A stretch of 64,000 nucleotides of DNA from Bugula neritina (taxonomy: Eukaryota; Animalia; Bryozoa). The stretch covers positions 11,130,741-11,194,740 of the forward strand of contig OZ037768.1 in NCBI GenBank assembly GCA_964035545.1. The letters run 5' to 3'. The translations under genes and the position numbers were made by a program. Every line of letters starts with the position of its first letter. Position 1 is the stretch's first letter. This document shows, in pieces, positions 53,770 to 64,000 of this stretch. The notes under the pieces are model-generated. The model did not search any database and was not told where the DNA came from. It worked only from the letters and a program-made list of their open reading frames with translations.

Positions 53770-55960
53770 TTACAAATTCCCACAGGCTATAAGATGTTGA
53801 GCAGCTGCTTCATCTAAATTAACAATGATACCCTCACCTGACACTGTAGATTTAAACAAAGGGTTTTCGTCATCTATGTGCTCTGGTAGATGAGAATGTT
53901 TCTTCCACATTTGAGTACAGAGTACAGAGCCTACTAATAGCACCAATATGAATGTCAGAGCAGTGCTTGCCTGTCTCACATCTCTAGCCAACTTTCTTCA
54001 AATAGATATTTGCACCAATGTGTTTATACGAACAACTAATTTATTACAATCATTAATGAATAATTACCAATTTAATGAAGAATCCAACAAGTCATAACAT
54101 GCTTCTTGAAAAAGATGTACATAGAATAAAACTTCCCCAGGTTAGAGGTAAAACAACATTAAACAAGGTACATGGTGAGAATTTGTGTTTAAAAATAATT
54201 GGCGATCACCGACTGTGTCTCCATCGTAAATTGGAATGAATGCTGGTCATTTTACTTAATTTAGCACACACTATATATCGCTAGTTTTTGGCTATTTTCC
54301 ACAGTTTAGCTGCTAATGTATATAATTTTTTTTGCAATAAACTGATAAAATATTAACAAATACAGCTGAATAAGCAAGGCTTCTTCTAACTTTGCTTGAT
54401 TTCGTAATTTTATCCTAATCCTTTTAGTAAATTTGGATGTGTGGCGTGATGAAAAAAGCATCACACCTGCACACCTAAATTTACTAGAAAAATTAGTATA
54501 AAACATAGAAAATCAAGCAAAGTTGGAAGAAACCTTGCTTATTCAGCTGTATTTGTTAATATTTTATCAGTTTAATGTAAAAAACTTTATATATTAACAG
54601 CTAAACTGTGAAAAATAGCCAAAAACTAGAGATATATAGTGTGTACTAAATTACGTAAAATGATGTGCTATGAACTTATGGCCGTGGTTTCATTTGATGC
54701 CACTGTTTCCAAGCATCAAATGAAAAATATATTCACGAAGCTTGCAGTATATAAAGAATATATTATTTGAAATATAGAGTGTGGATAAATAGCCATAATG
54801 AAATGATAAAACTATAATCTCATCAATATACTTACATCTCTTTCTCAAGTTTGAGCAACTGTTTCTGTTTCAGGTCTTCTTCTGTCAGAGTTTTATTTGG
54901 ACATACACAACACTGATTTATAGTCTGTGATACAGAGTAATTTACAGCAACCGAGTTATTAGCAGTTCCGTTTCTCACTTCTAATGAATTGGCTACATTA
55001 ACTTGTACACTACAGAGCTGCAAAACATCAAGTAAATGCACACTATGTTATAAGCATCTAGCACACGAAATCATAATCCGTTCTCCAAAACTACAAATTT
55101 CTGTCAACACCTGAGCCCATATGCTTTACTAAAACAAAGATATAAACACAGTTGCCATGTGTTTCGTTGCCAGTATTGGGATAAGTTATAGTTTTTGCTG
55201 GCCAACTCAGTTACTTTAGAGAAAAAGTAAAAATGGTGAAATATCTTGCGATTGCGTTTATACTCACATATAGAAATTAGTGTGTGTGGCTAACTTCAAG
55301 GAAATCTCCGTATAGAAATACAACCATAATTTTAATCCAGTAACAGGGTTGGAGTAATTGCAATTTGTAATTGATTGTAATTAATTACATTTTTTAATTA
55401 ATACAACTTTTTCAAGTAATTGAATGTAATTTGTAACTGATGTATAAACATGTAATTGATCTTTACAATTACGTTATAATTACATATCAACTACTTCAAA
55501 ATTTTAAATGTTAAAATATTTTTATACTTTCTTTACCATGCTTACTGTTTAACAAAAAAATTCGTATTCATTCAATATAGTATTGTATCACCCTATCAAT
55601 CACTGTTGAGAACAAATTGAGCAAGTTATGAAAATATATTGCTATTCTCTCTGGTTTGGTGTCAAATTGTAATTGCAATTAACTACATTAATTGCTAACT
55701 ATAATTATAATTATAATTATAATTGGCAAATTTTCATGCAATTTTGTAATTAATTACATTCCTATGCGACAAATGCTCTTTAAAATCCAAAATTAATGCA
55801 AAGATGATAAGTAGTAGAATCAATAAAAACTAAAACACATTATTAACTGACTTTTGTAAGTGTTTATACTCACCAATATAAAGAATACTATGGGAAGTGG
55901 AACGCTGATTACAGTATGCCAACAGTGTCTTTCGAAAAGTCCAATGCAAAATATTTTCAT
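53770..55960 (-). CDS. Uncharacterised small type I membrane glycoprotein, 164 aa, 3 exons
   Basis: Exons 55960-55874, 55017-54836 and 53995-53770 have GT-AG introns and join in frame (495 nt). The product has a hydrophobic signal-like segment, 4 N-glycosylation sequons, CCVCP, a charged helix, TM ALTFILVLLVGSVLC and a cytosolic tail containing ENPLFKS. Confidence 0.72.
54247..54663. mobile_element. Foldback-type MITE / long inverted repeat
   Basis: Arms ~54247-54402 and ~54509-54663 are near-complete reverse complements around a ~105-bp spacer; no clear TSD seen. Confidence 0.85.
55345..55760. repeat. GTAATT/AATTAC-rich repeat starting CAGGGTTGG; probable non-autonomous DNA transposon remnant
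   Basis: Dense subterminal-type GTAATT(G) motifs in both orientations; only one end is recognisable. Confidence 0.45.
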
Positions 55961-56619
55961 TTTAATACGGCCATCACTAAAGACATCACATCAATCGTAA
56001 TTGTGGTCTTTAAGTTTTAAGAACTTGTGCTATAAAAATAAATGAATCAACTTAGCATCTATCGACTGTAATATTGCTTACAAAGCATTTGTGACTTCCT
56101 AAGTTAATATGGCTGAGCTGCAAGCCAAGTTTCAGCCATAAATACAACAGAAAGGTAAAAAGTGTTAACGTTTTTCATAAAAAAATCATCTAATCAAGAA
56201 TCTGTAAAAGAGTGACATAGACATGTTGTATCTTTCACCAAGTTTGCTGAAGAATTTTATTGCTTCAACTCATTTAATAATGGAATAATACATACCAACA
56301 ACCTTTTATAGACATACAGAGTAGGCATTAAAACCTAACTAATAATTATTGATCTTAATAATTTCAATCTTTATGCCAGCTTTGTACAGTACAATGATGT
56401 CTTTTCCACTACATATTAGTTTAGATTTGTTTTTTCCGGTCATTCTGTTTTAAAGGATTGCTCTATCTTAGTTTATTACAATCACATTATAATTATGAAC
56501 TATAATCTAATGTGTATGCAAACAATTGTGACTTTGCAAAGGGATAGATGCCTAGAAAAAGGCTTTTCAAAATTCCAATTTTGAGGGAGGTAAAATTTTC
56601 AGCCATGAAAAAGAATAGC

Positions 56620-57050
56620 CTAATACGTGACGTGTGAACGCCAGTAACTATGCTGCACGTGCTAACTATAACGCTAGTATTCAAGGTTGCTGAGCGCAAC
56701 ATCAACCAATAACGCTCAAGCAGTTACAGTGCGCTATATAGGTCAGCTTTGGTGCGCCCGTAATATTGCACAATCTGACCTAGTTTAGATCGATCGCAAG
56801 CATTCATCCTAAAGAATGCATGTTTTTGCAATGCTTTTTTCTATGCTTACAAGCAAAATATGGCCTAATGTTATCACATACATGTTATTTAACATGTCAA
56901 AAAACTATAGATTGAGATAATTCACATTTGCACTTCTATAAATATACAAATTACGAGCTGAAAGATCACATCTCACAGTCATATTTCTATAGTTATTCAT
57001 TTGTATAGTCACGTGACCAGCAGGAATGCTGGCGCTGTTACGTCACAGTT
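56620..57050. promoter_or_regulatory. Candidate promoter/enhancer upstream of the orphan membrane gene
   Basis: CpG-richer patch with a palindromic GTCACGTGAC (57008-57017), CRE-like TTACGTCA (~57038), TGACGTG (~56628) and CCAAT (~56706). Confidence 0.4.
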
Positions 57051-58334
57051 CCCAGCTCATTTCAAAATCGGCGTTTTGGCTGTTACCAATCTACACCCTC
57101 AACTTCAACTAACTTTTTCTACCTTTGGTCAAATGCTTTTTGTCAATGCATGCTTAGAAAAACACAATATTATGTGTGTTTGACCTAAATGGCCATTTAT
57201 TAGACAAGATAGAGCAATCCTTTAACAAGCAAATTATTATGAATACTAAACTAGTTTTCAAATTAGCAAAGCTGTAATTTTCTAATGCCATCAAAATCAC
57301 CTAATGGAATATTCAAAACTATATTAATCCAACTGTAAAATAGCTTTCAATGCTAATTTCAAATGAACTAAGAATTTAGATTAGTATTTCAGACATTACT
57401 ACTGCCCTGCAATTTGAAAAACGAGTGGTAGAACTAATTAGGCCTTAGTAATTCCAACTAGCAAAGTCTGTTAATATTTCATAAAGTTTGTTGCCATTAA
57501 GCAGGTTAGCTGTTTAAAGATAAAACTCAAAAAGTAGATGAGATTTAGCAAGGAATAGAGAGAAGAAGAAGAAAAGATAAAACCTATCTATGGTTGATGA
57601 AGACAGAGAGGGATAATCTAAAGAGACAAGGCTAACTAGAAGCAACAAAACATTATGTTCAAAATCTACTGTTACTAAATTTACTAGTCACGCCCCTATT
57701 TTTTTAAAGTAAGAGCAGAGATCATCGTTCAGACAATATTGAAATATCCAATCCCAGTCAAGAGTATTAGAAACAATACAATAAAATCCATTTACTACAA
57801 TAATGCAGTAGAGCCTGCAAAAGTGAAACTAAAAATCACCAAGTTTAAAAGATATAAAAATGAGATCAAAAGTCTTTTTATAGATCTAATATATTGCTTG
57901 ATAAGATAGCTGAGGTAATTGACTGAATACTATCTGGGAAAATTAAAACAAGCCTGAATTATATTATCCTCAACAGCTTTAGGTGATGATAGTGTAGAGA
58001 AAATTAAGAAAAAGATTAAATAATCGTGAGCTGATTCATAAATGTGATCCAGGTATTTTATCAGCAGCAAAAGAGTTTTTTTTAATCATTGCAAAGCTGA
58101 ACAAAATTGCAATTTTAAAAAAAACTATAAAAACTGGAGAAAACCTATTCCTACGCTGGACACAAACTTATCTAAACATCAAAAGAGGTGCAAACTTAAA
58201 ACAGAATAGTTGGCCACAACAAGAATGATGAAAATAATTACAATGGTGATAATGATTATTTTTATATTTATGCTGGTGGTGATATCAGGAGATGACACAA
58301 AATAAATTTTAATGATAAAACTTACAATACCTAT

Positions 58335-58720
58335 ATATTATTATTGGTATTATAATTAAATTATTGATGGCATCACAGCTATTTGCTGGTGTAATCTTCA
58401 ACCATTTGCCTAGTTCCACTAGGCTGGAATGAAAAGGAATTTTTCAAGATATGTGCTGATCCTAGTAAGGCTGTGTATTTGTTTTTAGCTTCTCCAAATA
58501 GTATGTTCTAATCTACAGTCTTGTATGTAGCTCCAAGGACTCCACATTTCTAAAGGCAAGTGAGTTAAAGTACCAAATCCTGATATTTTATTATCTTCGC
58601 TGATCCTTTTTCTTTCACTCAGTAGTCATCAGGGACAGTGAGATTGATTATAATTATTTCTGCATTACACTTGTGGACTACTACAATGACAGGCCTCCTA
58701 GCTCCGACAGTTATAAAATG
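58335..58720 (-). mobile_element. 3' fragment of an RLE-type (R2/R4/NeSL-like) non-LTR retrotransposon, degenerate
   Basis: Minus-strand translation gives RRPVIVVVHK...IIINLTVPDD*VKEKGSAKIIKYQDL and then TALLGSAHILK, the decayed PD-(D/E)xK endonuclease C-terminus, followed by an AAT-rich tail. Confidence 0.75.
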
Positions 58721-59279
58721 CTTTTAGCCTATGCGTTTTTTAAAACGAGGTTAAGTACTATAAATATTGACAACTTCTATACTAAGTTATCTGCCAGAAA
58801 TGTTTCTTCTTAGCAAAATGTTCCAGAGCATTCAAACAACGATTTCAAAGTATATCCCCTCAAAAGAAAAACTTCAGCAGTTTGAAAACAAATCGCTATC
58901 AATCACTATCAATTCTCACTTCCTTGTTGGAACTGCAGAATATTAAATAAAAATAGTAAATAAATTCAAATTGTAACAAAATCGCTACTCTATTTTATGC
59001 TTGTTTTGTAATTTTATGAAAGAAGCGTTTTGAAACTTTTACTGTTGCTAAAATGCTTTGAATCTTGGTTGTATTCAAAGAACTGAAAAGGAGCGGAGCC
59101 AAAGAAAGGCATAATTACGGAGTTCACAGCCTGCTGGTTTGAGCTTTTTGTAGTCCAGAGATTGTTTTGGGTTATAGGGATCTTCCCCCCCCCCATCTGA
59201 GAATTTTTGATCTCTGCGGTTGTTTCTGGCTGTGAGTAGTTGGGAGTGTTGGGGGAGTGGGCTCATTTGGTAGGCTATA

Positions 59280-62200
59280 TCATTGTAATCATATTAACCA
59301 ACGTAACAGTTAACTAAGTGATTGACTAACTCTGTCTGTCTTTATCTAGTAATACTATTTATTTATTTACTTCCTACTCCTTAAAATTAATATTTACTGA
59401 AAATTCTCTGTAAAAAAACCTAACGCTGTCTTTGGCCATTTTCGAAAATATAAAATGATGATACCTAAAAGGTCAGACTCAACCTCAAGTACTAGCTCAT
59501 CAATCGCTAAATGCACCCAGAGGCAAAGTGGTATACCTAATTCTACCCCGGGATCTACCGTGATTCAGGCGGTGTGTGAAAAATACACTAAAAAAATAGA
59601 TGATGATGAAGGCACCCTGTCAATTGAGTGTGAAACTTGTCCTAATTGGTTTCATTTAGACTGAACTGATCTTATAAAGCAAGACCTAAACACCATTATG
59701 AAAAATGGTATTCATTGGTTTCGTGACCAATGTGAAGCTGCGGCATCCCCAAATTTCATAACCAGACTTAAAACCATTGAATCCCAGGTTGAAAAAATTA
59801 TGATCAAGTAATGGGATCATTTAATAATCGTATGAGTGCTGTGGAATCTCAACTAACTAGCTTATTTGGGAATCATGTTTCCAAAAATGAGAATACCTTT
59901 GCTTAGGTAGTTGCAAAACTGGAAGACTCTACTACAACAATAAATAGGAAACTAAAAAACCAAGAAGTTCAAATTAAATCTATCAAAACAGAAATTTTTA
60001 GTGAAAGCAGACCTAAATATCATAGTTTTTGGAATTCCCGAGGTACATAACACTACTCTAGATGAATCCATAGGTAAACACTCAGAAGTTTTGGATTCAT
60101 GTAGTCTCAGAGTTGATGCATCAAGAGATAGTGCCACAAGATTAGGACCAAAAAAAGTTGACAAGATTAGATCTATGAGACTAACCCTAGCTTCAGAAGT
60201 TCAAAAATAGGAATTTCTAAAATGCACTAATATTCAGAAAATAAAAGGAGTCTTTGCGTGTCTTGACCTGAATAAAGAGAAGCAAGAGAAGGATTTTCCG
60301 CTGAGAAGCAAGCTGAGGAAAGTGAGGCAGAAAGATCCAGAAAACAAATACAAGAGAACAAATGGGAAGTTAATAAAGGTAAGACAGTAACACGTGATAA
60401 TCGGAGAGTATTAACTGTGAATGCGACATCAGTAAGAGGGAACATTTAGGAGATCCAATTCTTCTCTGTTGAATATGATAGTATTTGTATTACTGAAACA
60501 CACCTAGATAATGCATTCTTGAATTCTCAATTGTTTCTCCCAAAGACAAAGAAGAAATCGTGACTCGCATGGGGTGGTGTATTGATTGCCATAAATGTAG
60601 AAATTCCCCATAAGCTAACCTGATGTCAAACAGAAGCAGAAGTAATTACAGTATGTTTTAGATTGGATAGCAATGAATGTTGCAATCTTACTTATCATAG
60701 ACCCTTTACTTCACATGATATAAACTCATTCTTTGCTTACATGAAAAACATTCACACTAAATACTCAACAAATAGAAAACTCATAACCGGTGATTTCAAT
60801 CTTCCAGGAATCAATTCGGAAGACACTGGTCTTTCAACTTGTTGGAGGACATACTATACTGATTTTTGTAGTTTTCTAACTGATAATCATTTGGAACAAC
60901 TTGTTCCATGAATCTACGCACATTGCAGGCAATACATTAGATCTCATCTGTACTGACTTGTCATATTAAGTGCAAAGCACCAATGTAATAACACCGTGTA
61001 TTAATGACCATTTCATGATACTAACGGTCTTGACTGGTAAAGGTGAATAGAAGAAGCCATCAATGCCCCCATTAAACTATTTCATAAAGTTGAACTTGAT
61101 GGGTTTATAACTGGTCTAGACGAGTTGTTTTATACTATTAAAAATAAAGTGATGTTGAAATGTGATATTAATGTTATTTGGAACACATTTAGGACTGAAT
61201 TACATAGACTTGTTGATTCTCATGTCCCAACTAAACAACGTAAGCCTAGAAATCTACATGAGCTTCTCTGGTTTAATGATGAAGCTAGAGGTGCATGTAA
61301 TAAGCAGCGAAAATTCTAAAACTGTTTTCGAAAGTCTGGTGATACTGAGCACTTGGCTAAATATAAAGAATTGTCGTCATAAAAAAATTAATTAGGAAAC
61401 TAAAAGCATCTTTTTTGGTGAATAGTCTATACCAACCTCTTTCCAGTGGCTATACAAAACCGTTTTACAAATATGTTGAAGATCTAAAAGGAAATAATGA
61501 GATTACTTCCATAGTAAACAACGATGGTATCTTGACACAGGATAAAACTGAGATATCTAACACTCTGAATTGTTTTCTTCTACAATGTACTTATCACTCC
61601 ATCACCTCTACCAGAATTACCACTAGTCACTGAGAAACATAACATATTGATAACTAAAGAGGGAGTTATGAACCTACTGAGACAACTAGTACATTGTAAA
61701 GCTCCTGCAGTAGATGGATTCACAAAAAACTATCTTACAGTAGACTTCGATCAGACAGCAGAAATACTGGTGTGTATTTTCAATCATTCACTCAATACAG
61801 GAATACTGCCGGATGACTGGAAAATCGCAAATGTAACACCTGTGTTTAAACAGGGTAGCCGCACTTTAGTTTCCAACTATCGCCCAGTATCGTTAACGTG
61901 CATTTATTGTAAACATTTTGAACATGTGATTTTGCACCATTTAAATATACAATTGGAAAATGTGATACATGTGAAAACCAACATGGTTTTCACCGCAACC
62001 TTTCATGTGTTACTAAGCTTGCTACTGTCAACCACGATATATTAAGGCATATAGATAAAGGACATTTTCTAGATGCAGTTGTGCTGAACTTTTTTAAAGC
62101 ATTTGATGTAATTGACCATCACATTTTTGTAAATAAATTGATATTGCTAAAAATAAATCCCTCTATTATTCAATCGGTATCATCAACTGAACGCTCACAA

Positions 62201-63190
62201 CAAGTGGTCATTGATGGGGTGTCTTCGGATTTAGCACCAGTGACTTCTGGGGTTACACAAAGAAATGTACTGGGTCCAACATTATTCGTTTTGTTTATTA
62301 ATGACATTGTATCTGCATTACACACAGTACAATTAGGCTTTCTGCTGATGACACTCTTGTTTATCTGCCCATTACTGATCCAAATGACCATCATAAATTA
62401 CAGGGAGATCTTTCTAGACTTTATAGGTAGGCAAAAGAAAACAATATGAAGTTTACCTCGAGGAAAAGTAATGCTATCACCTTTGATATAAAAACAGGAA
62501 ATATAGAAAATGTCTTTACTTATAAATTAGGAGATGATTCCCTGAATAGAGTTGGAATAGTAAAATATCTTGAAATATTGTTATCAGCAGGATTTGAAAT
62601 GGAATGAGCATATCAAAAATTTAATCTCATAGGCATACGGAGTGTTAGGATCAATCAAGTTCACACTAGGAAGTGCTACAGTAAATGTTAAAATTCTAGC
62701 ATATAAAACTCTGTGTAGACCTCTCCTGAAATATGCTGCTAAGGTATGGGACCCGAGCAATAAGAATTTGATAACAAAATTAAAAGGTACTCAAAATAGG
62801 GCTGTATGGTTCATTAAAAATTTAAAGGGTAGAGAAGTATCAGTAACAGAAGCCAAATTTGAGTTAGGGCTAGAAGCCTTAAGAAAGCGTAGACAGTCAC
62901 AGAGAATTTCTTTGTTGTGCCGTATTACTGCTAATAAGGACTTGTTTCCAACTCTAAATAACACCATTCAATCGATGAAATCCTTCACCATAACATGAAT
63001 ACCCGTATTAACACCTTCAATGCTATAGCCTGCGATTCCAGCCTGTACCTGCAGGGTTTCCTGGTGTGCACTGTCCGGGAGTTCCGTACGGGGGAGATAG
63101 TGGCAGATTTCTGAGCCTAGATAGATCCGAAGGTCCCACAATTACTCTCTCCGAGAGGTCTTGGGACTTGACCCAATCAAGATCAATAGT
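59280..63190 (+). mobile_element. Degenerate near-full-length CR1-group LINE (PHD-containing ORF1; APE and RT ORF2)
   Basis: ORF1 remnant IECETCPNWFH and NIIVFGIPE. APE motifs CITETHL, GDFNLPGI and GNTLDLI. RT motifs LPDDWKIANVTPVFKQG, NYRPVSLT, FFKAFD, SGVTQRNVLGPTLF, ADD and YKTLCRPLLKYA. Many stops and frameshifts; ATCAAG-like tail near 63176-63188; 5' boundary approximate. Confidence 0.92.
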
Positions 63191-63569
63191 CACCTAATAA
63201 AAAGTAACGAAACCAATACTGTATGTAAATTATATAATGATAGGCATACAATTAAGAACCATGTATGTACGAGCCAAAAGCAGTAAAGTCCAAGCACCTA
63301 GCAACATTAGGATATGGACTCCCGGATATTTAGCCAGACTGATTAACAATCGTAATGGGCAAAAACTTTTAATGCAGTTTTTAGCAGCAGCTATAAATGA
63401 CAAACGTTCAACATTAATAGCACATCAAACATGTCTCACTGCAAGTAAAACCAAAAGAAGTTGGCGGACATTCTTGTAACAGAGGCAGTAATGCATGCAC
63501 TCAGTGAATAAAATAAATAACTGAAATAACAATGAGTAAATTAGGGATTAACTTCAAAACCTCTGACAG

Positions 63570-64000
63570 AAGACCAAGGAAATAGAGCTGCACAGTCAGT
63601 CTGGTGGCCAAAATGTCCCAGCATAATTACAGGGATAGTTGGAGATTTGAATCTTGAAGAAAGGAGTCAAACGTTCAGCAATCTCCACTCCTCCGCTTTA
63701 AGTTTCCTAGCCGTCCTTGGGAAAAACCAGGCAGTGACTTGCTTGACTTTGACAGTAAGTAATTCTTGTTAGTAGTTGATGATTATTCTTGGTTCATTGA
63801 AGTTGCATTGTTAGAGGTTCTCACCAGTTCTAAAGTTATCTCCCTTGAATAACATATTTGCTCAACATGATGTTCCTAAGGTCCTAATTTCTGCTAACAG
63901 TGTGCAATATGCTTCAGAGGATTTCAAGTATTTTTCCCGAAATTTCAGTTTTACACATGTTAACAGTTCTAAACATCTCTTAGGGAAATGGCGCAGCTTA
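63570..64000 (+). mobile_element. Degenerate Ty3/Gypsy integrase fragment
   Basis: Translation gives RAAQSVWWP...FPSRPWEKPGSDLLDF...LLVVDDYSWFIEV...IFAQHDVPKVLISANSVQYASEDF, with stops and frameshifts; runs off the window. Confidence 0.85.

Noticed and set aside
63237-63479. 80-aa ORF between the LINE and the integrase fragment
   Set aside because: No recognisable motif; lies among decayed elements.

Overview
AT-rich, intron-rich invertebrate animal DNA; the species cannot be fixed from the sequence alone. From left to right it holds two tandem class A GPCR paralogs with intronless coding regions (+; the first runs off the left edge), a 31-coding-exon USP32 ortholog (-) and a head-to-head 14-coding-exon KIAA0753/moonraker ortholog (+). 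These are followed by a 3-exon orphan single-pass membrane protein gene (-) and a block of decayed retroelements (RLE-type non-LTR fragment, CR1-like LINE, Gypsy integrase). tRNA-derived SINEs, several MITEs and mini/microsatellites lie in introns and spacers. The main discovery is that both GPCRs end in a leaky-type UGA-C followed in frame by a homologous 24-26 codon Ser/Thr-rich extension ending in a class I PDZ-binding motif. In both, an 18-20 bp RNA stem starts just 3' of the UGA and keeps its pairing despite sequence divergence. This points to a conserved programmed stop-codon readthrough cassette that would switch the receptor C-tail. All exon models and pairings were read by hand and need RNA-level confirmation.
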